Shown here: positions 29,172 to 47,881 of the stretch, piece by piece
Layout of the letters: every line of letters starts with the position of its first letter
Position numbering within the stretch: the stretch's first letter is position 1
Assembly: GCA_951406725.2 (NCBI GenBank)
Contig: OX597814.1
Span: forward strand, 114,514,001-114,578,000
Direction: 5' to 3'
From: Octopus vulgaris
Lineage: Eukaryota
Length of the DNA stretch: 64,000 bases
Made by a program: the position numbers and the translations under genes
The notes under the pieces: model-generated
Database searches by the model: none
Told to the model about the DNA's origin: nothing
Seen by the model: the letters and a program-made list of their open reading frames with translations, nothing else

Positions 29172-29485
29172 CAATATCATCTTATTTCACTATCACATTT
29201 CACTTTCTTTCTAAGTTTTATGACTTCCACCACCCACACAACCACCACCGTTCATCATTATCATCATCACCACCATCAATATCATCAGCATCAGCATTAT
29301 CATCACTACCAATACCACCACCACCATCACAATCATCATCATTATCATCCTCCCACCTCCTCCTCCCCCTCTCTCCCTCCCCTCCTTCTCCTCCTCGCCC
29401 TCCTTCTCCTCCTCGCCCTCCTTCCCCTCCTCCTCCTCCTCCTCCTCCTCCTCATAATCATCATCATCTTCATCATCACTACTAT
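28970..29485. repeat. Compound (CAT)n/(CTT)n/(CCT)n repeats
   Basis: Direct reading. Confidence 0.92.
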
Positions 29486-30037
29486 CCACTTTTACAGAAC
29501 CGTCTTTCTAGCCATGTAAATTGTTCTATCCATTCTTCAACTCCACTTTTTGTTACACTCTAGTCAATTGCCCATCATCACCCTCATTCACATTAATGGC
29601 ACTACTTTATTTCTTCTGCCAATAGCTAAATAAGTCGTACCTTTTCTTGTTGTTAGTTAGCTGCTGACGTATTTCGAACGAAACAAATGCCTTTTGTTGG
29701 ACTCATTATTTTATTAAACGCCACACACACACACACACACACACATGCAAACATATACACGTGCAAACATATAACACAAATCAACGAAGGATATTCTTCT
29801 TGATCTGCTAAAAATAGCAGAGTAATTTCCTTGAAATCGTTCCCCACTGTTTCACAAATTGATAGCGCACGAGATAATGTAATCACATGAGTAAATCGAG
29901 AAAAACTAAGTAAAATGCATAAAAGACAGGGTTATCAACCAGTCTTTTGATTATGGAAATGCTTATTCAGTTGGATTTGGAGATAAATAACATAACACGC
30001 ATACACAGACGCACACATGCATACACACCCTTTCATT

Positions 30038-30247
30038 TTAGCACGCCGGGCGAAATGCGTAGCCGTAATTCGTCTGCCGTTACGTTCTGAGTTCAAATTC
30101 CGCCGATTTCGACTTTGCCTTTCATCCTTTCGGGGTCGATAAATTAAGTACCAGTTACTCACTGGGGTGATGTAATCGACTTAATCCGTTTGTCTGTCCT
30201 TGTTTGTCTCCTCTATGTTTAGCCCTTTGTGGGTAATAAAGAAACAG
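30038..30247 (+). mobile_element. SINE group B, 5'-truncated monomer
   Basis: Matches the group B body and tail. Confidence 0.9.
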
Positions 30248-30303
<56 letters not shown>

Positions 30304-30317
30304 CATTATTATTATTA

Positions 30318-30643
30318 TTCCTTCGTAACACAGTGTAGGTAAGAATGCACCGGAGTCATTAGTCATCTGTCAAGTTACAACAAGGACCTCAGACAGATAA
30401 TACTTTCCTTATGATGTGCGCTGTGCCTATAAGGCTGCTTTTTGCAAGATTCTATAATATATATATATATATAATTATTATTATTATTATTATTGTTATT
30501 ATTATTCCTTCGTAACACAGTGTAGGTAAGAATGCACCGGAGTCATTAGTCATCTGTCAAGTTACAACAAGGGCCTCAGAGAGATAATACTTTCCTTATG
30601 ATGTGCGCTGTGCCTATAAGGCTGCTTTTTGCAAGATTCTATA
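30318..30643 (-). mobile_element. Two tandem copies of an R4/Dong-like LINE 3' end in (TAA)n
   Basis: Minus strand LQKAAL/GTAHIIRKVLS* followed by a short UTR and (AAT)n; copies at 30318-30456 and 30505-30643. Confidence 0.75.
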
Positions 30644-30655
30644 ATAATAATAATG

Positions 30656-30710
<55 letters not shown>

Positions 30711-30945
30711 TAATAATAATAATAATGATAATAATAATAATAATAATAATGATAATAATAATAATAATGATAATAATAATAATGATAATAATAATAATGA
30801 TAATAACAATAATGATAATAATGATAATAATAACAATAATGATAATAATAATGATAATAATAATGATGATAATAATAATGATAATAATAATGATAATAAT
30901 AATGATAATAATAATGATAATAATAATGATAATAATAATAATGAT

Positions 30946-31011
<66 letters not shown>
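30641..31011. repeat. (TAA)n/(TGA) microsatellite
   Basis: Direct reading. Confidence 0.98.
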
Positions 31012-31013
<2 letters not shown>

Positions 31014-31542
31014 AGGCAGTGGCTCTCGTGGTTTCTGATCTTAACTGATTGGAAGTGTTATCATGTACATTGTTTCGTTTTGGTATAAAAGATAGGCCAC
31101 AGCAAATATTCTGCTCAATACCAAAGGTTTGCCTGTCAGTTGTTTGACCTTAACTAGTTGAGCATGTCCCTTACTGGCTGACGATATGTGCATCTCTGAC
31201 CATGAGCAGAAGTAGTGGGGGAGCATCATAGCCATGTGTTGAGAGGAATTCTTTGGGGTTTGCATAATTCACCTCTGGAAACATGGGGGTTTCGTTCAAC
31301 ATCCTTAAACAACCCTTATTCAGGGACCTTTTGAGCGGGATAGGTTACTCGACCAGAAAAAAGGGTCCCACATGCAAGGTCATGCGCTGTTTATCTTGAT
31401 ATGGGATCACCATGTCACGCACATATGGTTGTGATGCATGTATCTAGTGTACCCTTATGAGACGGGTAGTCATGATGGGTATACTAGGCTTCGTATATTT
31501 TACCCCAGTGTCACTTTAATGGCATGCACTGCTCTCTCACTA

Positions 31543-31594
<52 letters not shown>

Positions 31595-32149
31595 GATGCC
31601 CTGATGCAGTACCAGGCAGTGGCTCTCATGGCTTCTGATCTTAACTGATTGGAAGTGTTATCATGTACATTGTTTTGTCTTGGTATAAAAGATGGGCTAC
31701 AGCAAATATTCTGCTCAATACCACAGATTTGCTTGTCAGTTGTTTGACCATAACCAGTTGAGCATGTCCCTTAGTGGCTGACGATATGTGCATCTCTGAT
31801 CACGAGCAGAAGTAGTGGGGGAGCATCATAGCCATGTGTTGAGAGGGATTCTTTGGGGTTTGAATAATTCACCTCTGGAAACATGGGTGGTTCTTTCAAC
31901 ATCCTTAAACAACCCTTATTCAGGGACCTTTTGAGCGGGATGGGCTACTCAACCTGAAGAAAATTCTAACTGGGCCCCACCTGCAAGGTCATGTGCTGTT
32001 TATCTGGATATGAGATCACCATGTCGCGCACATATGGTTGTGATGCAGGTGCCTGGTGTACCTTTATCAGACGGGTAGTCATGATGGGTATATTGGGCTT
32101 CGTATATTTTACCCCAGTGTCACTTTGATGGCATGCACTGCTCTCTCTC
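31012..32149 (+). mobile_element. Two diverged copies of a 530-555-bp non-coding element, each flanked by (TAA)n
   Basis: 31012-31541 and 31595-32149 align end to end; common right end ggcatgcactgctctctc; staggered left ends. Confidence 0.75.
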
Positions 32150-32182
<33 letters not shown>

Positions 32183-32207
32183 TATAATAATAATAATAAT
32201 AATAATA

Positions 32208-32257
<50 letters not shown>

Positions 32258-32317
32258 TATTATGCTTTGCTTTTGTTTTAAGTCTCAGCCAGAATTGTCA
32301 AAGAGTTGTTGTTATTA

Positions 32318-32364
<47 letters not shown>

Positions 32365-32372
32365 AAATCATC

Positions 32373-32418
<46 letters not shown>

Positions 32419-32445
32419 CCACCATCATCATCATCATCATCGTCA
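32150..32445. repeat. (TAA)n/(TTA)n/(CAT)n microsatellites
   Basis: Direct reading. Confidence 0.95.
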
Positions 32446-33026
32446 TTGCGCCTTTGCCAAAATTTGTTCCATCTTTATAGTCACATTCTTCCCTATTGTT
32501 GCATTCTTCCCATATTTATAGTAATGTATTCATATATAGGCATCAATATTCATTTGTTTGTTCACTTGTTTATTTACAAGCACGCGAACGAACAAATATT
32601 GACGCTAGAATGTTATCTTCTCGTCATCTGTACATTAGCAATGCTTTGTTTAATTTCCTAACCACATGCAACACTTATTATGTTGTCTCATGCTGGTTTT
32701 AGCTGTCATATTTTCTCTGTCGACGCATCAAATCAGCCCCGCAAAATCTTGATTATATGGATTCCAAAATATCTTTGTCAGTCAGGAAATAATTTTCTTC
32801 ATTCTTTTTGCGCGGCCATCGTAATCGCGAAATCATCTACAAATTATAATAAGAGTATTACACACGCACACACACACACACCCACCCACACACACGCACA
32901 CACGCACGCACAAAACATACACATATGCACATATGTGTGTGTACATATACATATACATATATGCATTCATGATTAAATATAAAGACAACAAACGGAAAAT
33001 ATGACATACCTGTATATATATATCTA

Positions 33027-33079
<53 letters not shown>

Positions 33080-33537
33080 ATATAAATACTATATTAATAA
33101 TATATATTATTAATAATATATATTATTAATAATATAAATAATATATAAATATATGCATATATACATACATATATGTACATACCTACATATATATGTATAT
33201 ATACGTGCATATATGGGTCGAGCACCTAATTCCAGCCATTATCGATAATATTGCTTCCACTCTGGAGACACCGGCAAGAAACTTTCCGGGAATCGAACTA
33301 AAACATAACAAAACGAGACGGGCTCGAGACGATACCGTTAGTGGACGGACGAAAGACAAGACAATAAACAGAATAAAGGCTTAGGGCCACACGAAGACAA
33401 CAATTAATATGATAATAATACATATACTGCCAAAAAAGAAGCATTAGTGCTGCAACACAAGACAAAAATGGGTAACGTGAAGGAGAAATGAAAAACGGTC
33501 CTAAAGGACTATAGAGACGGGGTTTGGGTAAAGCGAG

Positions 33538-33654
33538 CAGCTCAGAAAATCGTGACAAGTCCAGTCGAAGGCAACGCGAAAAATGATGACACCGCTTTAG
33601 GCCGTCACGGATCACGTGATAGTGGAATGAGGGTAACAGAGAAAGACAGAGAGT

Positions 33655-33715
<61 letters not shown>

Positions 33716-33864
33716 ATAGAAGCGAGGAACTCAGAAAGTCGTGACTAGTTCGGTCGAAAGTAATGCGAAAAAGAATGACACGACCTTAAGCCGTCACAGA
33801 TCACATGATATTAGAAGGAGCTAACAGAGAAAAACAGACAGCGAGAAAGAGAGAGAGAGAGAAG

Positions 33865-33900
<36 letters not shown>
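33538..33900 (+). repeat. Diverged tandem duplication of an about 115-bp unit, each copy followed by (GA)n
   Basis: ctcagaaaatcgtgacaagt...gccgtcacggatcacgtgata versus ctcagaaagtcgtgactagt...gccgtcacagatcacatgata. Confidence 0.75.
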
Positions 33901-33904
<4 letters not shown>

Positions 33905-34028
33905 AAGGAAATAAGAGATGCAAAGTAAAGGAAAGAGACAGAGTGCACAAAAATATTCCAAGAATATTTCTACAAATGGGTAAAAAATTAATGAGTGCGT
34001 GCGTTACATAATTATTATTTTCAGGATT

Positions 34029-34032
<4 letters not shown>

Positions 34033-34094
<62 letters not shown>

Positions 34095-34108
34095 TGTATG
34101 TATGTATG

Positions 34109-34140
<32 letters not shown>

Positions 34141-34187
34141 TGTATCTATATATATGTATGTATATATATATATATATGTATGTATTT

Positions 34188-34228
<41 letters not shown>

Positions 34229-34281
34229 TGTCTATATATATATATATATATGTGTATATATATATATATGTATGTATATAC

Positions 34282-34314
<33 letters not shown>

Positions 34315-34318
34315 TATG

Positions 34319-34362
<44 letters not shown>

Positions 34363-34391
34363 ATATATATATATGTATGTATATATATATG

Positions 34392-34427
<36 letters not shown>

Positions 34428-34442
34428 TGTATATATATATAT
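34033..34442. repeat. (TA)n/(TATG)n microsatellite
   Basis: Direct reading. Confidence 0.97.
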
Positions 34443-35005
34443 CAGAAGAAGATGGAAGGAAAACTTTGCTGCGGAGGACAGATTTCGGTTGGTTAAATTC
34501 CATTATCGTGGGAATATAAAATACATGAAAAATTCATCGAAATATTAGGTTTCAAACGCTCCAGTATTACAATCCAAAGAAAAGCAGTAGTACAAAACCT
34601 CACGATCGTTTCGGAGAATGCGTTTGTACTGGGCGAGTTTTCCAGTCAACACAAATAGTCGCATTTCCTGTATGAGAGATACAAAAGAATTCGATTAAAA
34701 TAGTTTTAAAATTTGAGAAAGTTTAAAATATCTCTTATTTACAGAACTTGAAATCATCGCATAATGTTATAGTTTTTTTTTTTTTAAGTTCGCAAGGATA
34801 TAGAAAAAAGCTTTGTGAAGTGAAAAAAGGCTGTGGGATAACACATTTGTGCGAATGAAAATTAACTTATTTGTAAAAATATAAAAAGCGAATACTATAT
34901 CGGATAAGAGAAAGGAATGAAAACTAAAATTTCGAGTTAAATCAAGTTAACCAGTTAAATAAACAGTTGGATTGTTGATGATTAAAAATAGTTAAATAAT
35001 TAAAA

Positions 35006-35045
<40 letters not shown>

Positions 35046-35211
35046 TAAAAAAACATGCAGTAAATAAACATACGAACATATACTAAATACGTAGACGAAC
35101 GGAAATCACAGGTCAACAACTCCTCTTCGGTCATCGGCCAGATGGTCGAGCGCAATCTCGGTCATTAACGATCGAGATAGATAGATAGATTATGGAATGA
35201 ACATTATGTAA

Positions 35212-35316
35212 AATCATTACAACTGTTTCGACACATTTTTGCACCCGTAGTACATTGGTGAGATGTGTAATCATTATCATGCGTGCAAGGTTTAAAATGC
35301 ACCTCCTCAGGTGATT
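35212..35316 (-). ncRNA. Type-I hammerhead ribozyme motif with extended stem II
   Basis: Minus strand aatcac-CTGAGGA-ggtgcatttt...aaaatgtgtc-GAAA-cagttg-TA-atgatt; core intact, one mismatch at the base of stem I. Confidence 0.65.
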
Positions 35317-35774
35317 GTTTAAATAAGTCCTTCATTAAATCCTATAGTCATTTCACTCAGCTTGAGAACACATACTGAAAGCGATGTGTCATTTCCAGCA
35401 GTTTACAAGCCAAATTAGACCCATAGATATAGTGACAGATAAAATACAATAATTATCAAAATAAAAATACAGAAATAAAGAAATGGACAAAAATGGAGAA
35501 AAAGTGGTCAGGTTTACGATAAATTAACTTTGTTAGTGATCGGCAGAAGAACTTCAATAAATGATAAAGAAAAAAGAAAAAAATGATGACGAAAAACAAA
35601 TAGCCAGACATATATGTGTGTGTCTATGTGTGTGTGTGTGTGCATATATAACATAGAAGTCTGTTGCTGTGTTCCATGCAGTGTGGTCTCACTTTTATTT
35701 GTTTTTGTATTAAATACTTTGTACACCATGTTTGGTGTACTTTCTGAGATATACTAAAAATGCTAAGAATGCTA

Positions 35775-36660
35775 AGAAAACAGCTGGAATTAACGACATT
35801 TTCAGCTGACATAAGAATAGAATTTGGTCAAAAGAAATATATTTGATTGCTGAGCGGGCTCAAAACCTGAGCACCAATGGTCTCACTGTGTCTCCTGTCC
35901 CACATAAAGAATGCCACAAGTTCTTAGACTTTGAGGAAAATATGTCATACCAAGGTACTCTGAATAAAGATAGAGTGACCCAAGAATATTACACCAGACT
36001 AAGAAAAATATGGCTGTCTAAACCTTTCTCTTACAAGACAATATCCCACAATGCATTTGCAGAACCAGTGCTGGTTCCAACATCTGGGATACTTAACTAG
36101 TCTGTAGAAGAAATCCACTCCATCGACATTAAAACCCGCAAAATTCTAGCATACCTCAAAAAAGACCTGCAGGTGAAAACAGTCAGCATACTAAAAAAGA
36201 CTATGTATGGCTATGTTTCACGAAGACTTGAAAGAAACGGTAATATTAACATGAAATGAAGCCTCTCTTGACCGCTACATCATCCTTCGAAGGCTATACG
36301 TTTGCGATCCTAAAACAGATTACTACGAATTACTTAATAAAAAAAGAGACAGTGAAGTCCTTGGAACTCCAAGATGCAAACGAAAATGTAGATTATGTCA
36401 ATTTCTGTGGAAGACATCACATATATGATTAGCAGCTGGCCCCAAATGTCATCAAGGTAGTATCGACAAGACGTCGTCGCAAAAACGATATACGATGCTG
36501 CTCAGAAGAAAAAAAAGCTGAACTGGAATAAATATAAAGACACCTCCACCCGTTATTGGATACATACAGAAGCGTCATCACAAGGAACGCTCGTGGAATA
36601 TCCTCATCGAAATATCTAGTGTAAACCCAACAGGCTAGATAATGTTGTTTCTGACAGACA
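35775..36660 (+). pseudogene. Decayed R4/Dong-like LINE fragment (RT C-terminus and CCHC region)
   Basis: FSADIRIEFGQKK; RVTQEYYTRLRKIW; NAFAEPVL; EEIHSIDIKTRKIL; CRLC..VEDITH.ISS.P. Confidence 0.8.
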
Positions 36661-37026
36661 AGAAAAAGTATGTACATACATACATACATACATACATACA
36701 TACATACATACATACATACATACATACATGCATGCATGTATGCAAGCATATTTCCAAACGTAGCTTCACTCGCATCGGATGTCATTGCTGCTGAAAATCT
36801 AGAGTAGGCCTTGTAGCCCACATGCTAGTCTGCCAGAGATAATTGCTAAACAAGAACATATGACAGTATTGATAGTGGTCAGGAGTCAGGAGAAAGCTCA
36901 CTTATGATAATGAAAGTAGACATTTAGCAAACGATAATAGGTGTTAGGATGAAAGGGTTCGGATTTAGAGAGAGGGCAGTGCATTTGAACTCACCTAATT
37001 TTAGCATTCTAACACGGAATTAACGG

Positions 37027-37329
37027 CTACTACTACTACTGCGACGACGACGACGACCAGCAGCAGCAGCAGCACCACCACCACCACCACCACTACTACC
37101 GCTGCTGCTGCTACAACTATAACAACAACAACTACTACTACTACCGCTGCTACAACTACAACTGCTGCTGCTGCTACAACAACTACTACTACTACCGCTG
37201 CCACAACTACAACTGCTATTACTGTTACAGCTGCTGCTGCTACTACTACTACTACTACTACTATTACCGCTGCTACAACTTCAACTGCTACTACTACTAC
37301 TGCTACTACTACTACTACTACTGCTGCTG

Positions 37330-37374
<45 letters not shown>

Positions 37375-37375
37375 A
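37027..37375. repeat. (CTA/CTG/CAA)n compound repeat
   Basis: Direct reading. Confidence 0.93.
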
Positions 37376-37571
37376 TGATAAGTGACTTCCTTTTTAGTCC
37401 TTTAGGTCGAAGAATTACATTTCGACCAGGACATTAGCAGCGTTTACTGAAAACCATTTCAATCGCCTGAAGAAAGCTTTTCTGATCATGACATGTGGCT
37501 GGAGTCTTAATTGAAAGCAACAGAAAGATGCATAATCGCAAAAACGTTTAGATAGAAAGACAGATAAATAG

Positions 37572-37626
<55 letters not shown>

Positions 37627-37819
37627 AAGAGAGAGAGAGAGAGAGGGAGATAGTGGAAAGAGAAGGAAGAATAGAGATAAATTCGAAGATTATTGGACAG
37701 ACAGGCAACCTGTAACAAAGTGAAATATAATAAGTGCAAACGAATGAAAGTGGATGATTTTAATTTGCTTCGTATTTGACAGTTGCTTTGTTCTTCAGCA
37801 CCACCATTTGCTAATCTTT

Positions 37820-37979
37820 AGAGAGAGAGAGAGAAAGAGGGGGGGGGAGACCGGACGAGAGAGAGAGAGGCAGGACGAGAGGGAGAAAGCGGACGAGAGA
37901 GAGAGAGAGAAAGAGAGCGTACGAGAGAGAGAAAGAGTGGACGAGAGAGAAAGAGAGCGGACGAGAGAGAAAGAGAGTG

Positions 37980-38033
<54 letters not shown>

Positions 38034-38110
38034 GACGAGAGAGAGAGAGAGCGGACGAGAGAGAGAGAGCGGACGAGAGAGAGAGAAAGAGTGAGAGAAA
38101 GAGAGAGAAA
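37820..38110. repeat. (GA)n tract punctuated by recurring gcggacgaga
   Basis: About nine ggacgaga-type interruptions. Confidence 0.9.
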
Positions 38111-38583
38111 GGATATAAATGGAAAGATCTCGAAAGTGAGAGAAGTTAAAAGTTTCGTATTTTTAAGAATCTGTTTTGATGAGTTGTATCGATTGTTGTT
38201 ATATAGTTGCTATTTGCTCTGCCCTTGAATTTTCATGAAGCAGGAATAAGGTTGGGTCTTTAACATAATTGCAGCTATTCAAATTCAAACAAAACCATCA
38301 TAGGTGAACACGATTCTGATTGCACTGCAATTAGACGAAGATGCGGGATTGCAATATAGCTGAACGAAATACGATACTTTTATAGATTTAACACAGTAAT
38401 ATTCTCTAAGTAAACACAAGAAGCTGTTGCTTGGCTTCTGTAATAAACAATCAGAGAGTTTAGCCAATAAAAAGAGATCCAGGAAAGAATATAATACATG
38501 AATACATATATATATCGATGCACACATATATGCTCATACCCACTGGCACACACTCACAAGCGTATACTCCTTCCTCTGTCTCG

Positions 38584-38666
<83 letters not shown>

Positions 38667-38868
38667 GTGCACATAAACGCAAATATTCATGACAAAATAC
38701 ATTGTCTTCGTAGCCAGTTTCAGAAGGGATTAATTTACACAGTCAGCATCATCATACACCTACATACATCCATAAATTATGTGTGTGTGTGTGTATATCC
38801 ATGTGTGTGTATGTACGTGTATATATGTATGTGTATCTCTCACTCTCTATATATATTATATATATATA

Positions 38869-38943
<75 letters not shown>

Positions 38944-39056
38944 ATTATATATATATATTATATATATATATATATTATATTATATATATATTATATATTA
39001 TATATATATATATATATAAACTTACTGTTAATTAAAATGGTATGAGTGCGTACCGT

Positions 39057-39120
<64 letters not shown>

Positions 39121-39151
39121 TATATATATTATATATATATTATATATTATA

Positions 39152-39690
<539 letters not shown>

Positions 39691-39700
39691 ATATATTATA

Positions 39701-40206
39701 TCTATATATATAAAACTCTAGTTGTGTGAGTGTCTGTCCCCTTCGATTTAGATTCCTAACTCCTCCCACATTTTGCGGTGCAGTTTAACCAAATTCGGAT
39801 ATCTTATATTCGTGATTCATATCGAGCCCGTCTGACTATTAGCGCGCGTCAACGATGAGTCTACGATTTTAAAAATAATTTAACATCATTTTTTATTCCA
39901 TTTTAATGCATAAAATGCATCGTGTGTCGATGGCGGCGGAGTTGGCGTCCACGCTCACAGCTGCACCTGTTTGCTTCTCCCCTTTCCCTCCCTCGTGAAG
40001 CTGTGGGGAAGGGAGTGTAAAGAAATCAACGTCGTAATGCGTTGTGAAGGAGACCAGCGTTCTTTTAGAACAACGACTTCATGGCTTGAAGACACCAAAA
40101 CAAAAATGGCTAAGAAAGCCCGAATTTATAAGGGAAGTAACTCTCTAAAAATGCTTATATAGTTATTTCCCTTACAAACCCGAGCAACGCCGGGCGATAC
40201 TGCTAG
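39701..40206 (+). mobile_element. Non-autonomous Helitron (subtype b)
   Basis: A|TC start (tctatatatataaaa), 3' hairpin cccgagcaacgccggg, CTAG|T end, no TSD. Confidence 0.88.
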
Positions 40207-40217
40207 TATATTATATA

Positions 40218-40729
40218 TCTATATATATAAAACTGTAGTTGTGTGAGTGTCTGTCCCCTTCGATTTAGATTCCTAACTACTCCCACATTTTGCGGTGCAG
40301 TTTAACCAAATTAGGGTATCTTATAGTCGTGATTCATATCGAGCCCGTCTGAGTATTAGCGCGCATCTACGATGAGTCTACGATTTAAAAAATAATTTGA
40401 CATCATTTTTTATTCCATTTTAATGCATAATTTTTCGTGTGTCGATGGCGGCGGAGTTGGCGTCCATGGTCACACCTGCACCTGTTTGCTTCTCCCCCTT
40501 CTTCTCTCCCTCGTGAAGCTGTGGGGAAGGGAGTGTAAGGAAATCAACGTCGTAAAGCGTTGTCAAGGAGACCAGCGTTCTTTTAGAACAACGACTTCAT
40601 GGCTTGAAGACACCAAAACAGAAATGGCTAAGAAAGCCCGAATTGGCATCTATAAGGGAAGTAACTCTCTAAAAATGCTTATATAGTTATTTCCCTTACA
40701 AACCCGAGCAACGCCGGGCGATACTGCTA

Positions 40730-40730
<1 letters not shown>
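40218..40730 (+). mobile_element. Non-autonomous Helitron (subtype a)
   Basis: Same termini. Confidence 0.88.
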
Positions 40731-40796
<66 letters not shown>

Positions 40797-41090
40797 TACT
40801 GTTAATTAAAATGGTATGAGTGCGTACCGTTATGTAATATAGAAAAAATGCATAGAAAATTAACAGCAGATAAAAACGTATACGTATACAACCGGACGGG
40901 AGACAGACACTGACGCTCCCTAAGTTTTCATCAGTTATCATACACACACACACACACACAGAGTAAACTCGATAATAAGAATACAATGAACTTGCGTGAG
41001 GAGTCGAAAATCCCAAGTTTCGGATAATGTACTCACTCCTTCAAGGAAAAGTTGCAAGAAGATAAATGAACGAGACACACACACACACAC

Positions 41091-42450
<1,360 letters not shown>

Positions 42451-42477
42451 ATATTTCGGAATGAACAAAAAATATTT

Positions 42478-42520
<43 letters not shown>

Positions 42521-42559
42521 TGCATTATGTATACAATACTATATATTATATTATATAAT

Positions 42560-42951
42560 AGGCGCAGGAGTGGCTGTGTGGTAAGTAGCTTGCTTACCAA
42601 CCACATGATCCTGGGTTCAGTTCCACTGCATGACTCCTTGGGCAAGTGTCTTCTACTATATCTTCGGGCCGACCAAAGCCTTGTGAGTGGATTTGGAAGA
42701 CGGAAACTGAAAGAATCCCGTCGTATATATGTATATGTATATATATATATATGTGTACGTTTGTGTGTCTGTGTTTGTCCTCCCAACGTCGCTTGACAAC
42801 CGATGCTGGTGTGTTTACGTATCCGTAACTTAGCGGCTCGGCAAAAGTGACCGATTGAATAAGTACTAGGCTTCCAAAGAATAAGTCCTGTGGTCGATTT
42901 GCTCAACTAAAGGCGGTGCTCCAGCATGGCTGCAGTCAAATGACTGAAACA
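42560..42951 (+). mobile_element. SINE group A
   Basis: Full-length match. Confidence 0.92.
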
Positions 42952-43064
42952 TGTATATGGATAATAAAACGAATGGTTTGCACCTGGTAGCTTACTGGTA
43001 AAGCACGGTCACTTTTAGAGCGATCGTTAGGTATATAACAAATGAAAGACGGAATATATTATTA

Positions 43065-43170
43065 ATCACGACAATTGTTTCGACACATCTAGGATCGATT
43101 CCTCTTGTGCGGGACACTCAACAACTGGCTCAGGGGCATTCAGTGGTGCAGATGTATCTCGTTGGGTGAT
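43065..43170 (-). ncRNA. Hammerhead fold with mutated core (CCAACGA in place of CUGANGA)
   Basis: Minus strand atcac-CCAACGA-gatacatct...agatgtgtc-GAAA-caattg-TC-gtgat; all three stems pair. Confidence 0.55.
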
Positions 43171-44250
43171 ACATAAATAAAAACAACTCGTTAAAATGAC
43201 TGTTCCACAATGTATCTTACTGTTTTGTAGAAAGAAAAACAGCCAGACGGAGTAAAAATCTTCATATATGTAGAAGATCAAAATTAAAATTGCAGAAGAC
43301 AAAAAGGGAAACGAACACGTAATCCTGCGTTCGTTTCTCTTCAGCTTTATTTTTTAATTTTTTAAAAAAGTTATGAATTCTTTTATCGAGATGTTACTAA
43401 CCATTTTGGAGGAAGTTTTTTCCCTAGTATGTGGGCGCTTTCGATTATCTTTATGAAGCACACGTGTGTATATATATATATTACATACATATTTTATATA
43501 TATTTTATATACATATATCTATATCTATACAGATGTGTAAGTATGTATGTATGCATTGAAAAATTCGAACTGACTGTATGCTGTCAGTAATTTTAAAATT
43601 CGAGTGCTCTGGGACATCAACCTTTGCCAGTCGGTTTAGAGGTCTTGTTTGATGTGCCAGCAAGTTTGTTTTAAATTTAACTCTACTCTCAGTACTGCAC
43701 CAATCCATCACTACCGTTGTTAAAGTGACTTTAAAATAATGATTTTCAACATTTCTATACGTGTGTGTGTGTGTGTGGTTTTATTAACATTTGTTTTATA
43801 CCAAATTATATTTAAAATTTGACTTTGAACTGAAGGGTTACTCATTACTTCTTAGTGGAGGGCATATCAAGTTTAACAAACAAAAGGTTAACAGTGACTT
43901 CGAAGTATCGTTATGCTCGCATTCATCAGATATAATCTTCTATTCTTATATACGTTTCACCCCAAAGGCTGTAGTGATACTGGGAAGCCACCAATATCAA
44001 TGGTTGTTCTCTTGTGGTTGGCTTTGGCGAAGAAAGAGTTTGATATTGTTGCGTTTGAGTTTCCAGTAGTGATTTAGGTATATTTGATATCTTTGACAAC
44101 AGAAGGTCAAGGTGCTTCTGGGAGACATTTAGCGCCCCCTCCTCATCCCCACACCATGTAGATCTCCCTAAGTTTTTGGCACGATATGAAGTAGCTAAGT
44201 TCTTTTAAGTCTCAATCTATTGCAGTACATGATCCTTACTCTCATGGTAT

Positions 44251-44342
<92 letters not shown>

Positions 44343-44356
44343 TTAGGGAATAAATC

Positions 44357-44408
<52 letters not shown>

Positions 44409-44410
44409 CA

Positions 44411-44859
44411 TATATGCATATACGGGTACAGGACGTCACCAACGGTGTAAATAACATGAAATACGTAAACAACGAGGAAAATGGGAAACAGGACAAGTAA
44501 ACAAAGAAAAAAGGCCCTTCATCAGTATTTTCGTCTCGTTCTGGCCTAACGATCCTCCATGTTTGTTTTCGTTCGGTCTCCTTGTATGTCTCCACTATCA
44601 TTTTTCTTCCCAACTTTGACGTTCCATAAATCCTAAATTTTATTTTAGAATTTATGGGAGCAACTGTCTTTGAAGACTCATATTGTCGTTGAATGCTCGA
44701 AATGAGGAGTAGATAAACAGGTGAAGGGTCCTTTCTCTGCGTTTACTTGGCCTATTTTCCATTTTTTTCTCGTTTACGTATTTCACTTGTTTTCCCTCGT
44801 TTGTTTACGCATTTCATGTTATTTGCAGCGTTGGTAACGTCCTGTACCCATATATGCAT
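44411..44859. repeat. Imperfect fold-back element between microsatellites
   Basis: atgcatatacgggtacaggacgtcaccaacg...ggcccttca versus tgaagggtcc...cgttggtaacgtcctgtacccatatatgcat. Confidence 0.8.
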
Positions 44860-44870
44860 GTCACTCTGTC

Positions 44871-47338
<2,468 letters not shown>

Positions 47339-47364
47339 TATATATATATATATCTATATATATA

Positions 47365-47877
47365 TCTATATATATAAAACTGTAGTTGTGTGAGTGTCTG
47401 TCCCCTTCGATTTAGATTCCTAACTACTCCCACATTTTGCGGTGCAGTTTAACCAAATTAGGGTATCTTATAGTCGTGATTCATATCGAGCCCGTCTGAG
47501 TATTAGCGCGCGTCTACGATGAGTCTACGATTTTTAAAATAATTTAACATCACATTTTATTCCATTTTAATGCATACTTTTTCGTGTGTCGATGGCGGCG
47601 GAGTTGGCGTCCATGGTCACACCTGCACCTGTTTGCTTATCCCCCTTCTTCCCTCCCTCGTGGAGCTGTGGGGAAGGGAGTGTAAGGAAATCAACGTCGT
47701 AAAGCGTTGTCAAGGAGACCAGCGTTCTTTTAGAACAACGACTTCATGGCTTGAAGACACCAAAACAGAAATGGCTAAGAAAGCCCGAATTGGCATCTAT
47801 AAGGGAAGTAACTCTCTAAAAATGCTTATATAGTTATTTCCCTTAGAAACCCGAGCAACGCCGGGCGATACTGCTAG
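47365..47877 (+). mobile_element. Non-autonomous Helitron (subtype a)
   Basis: TC...hairpin...CTAG termini. Confidence 0.88.
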
Positions 47878-47881
47878 TATA

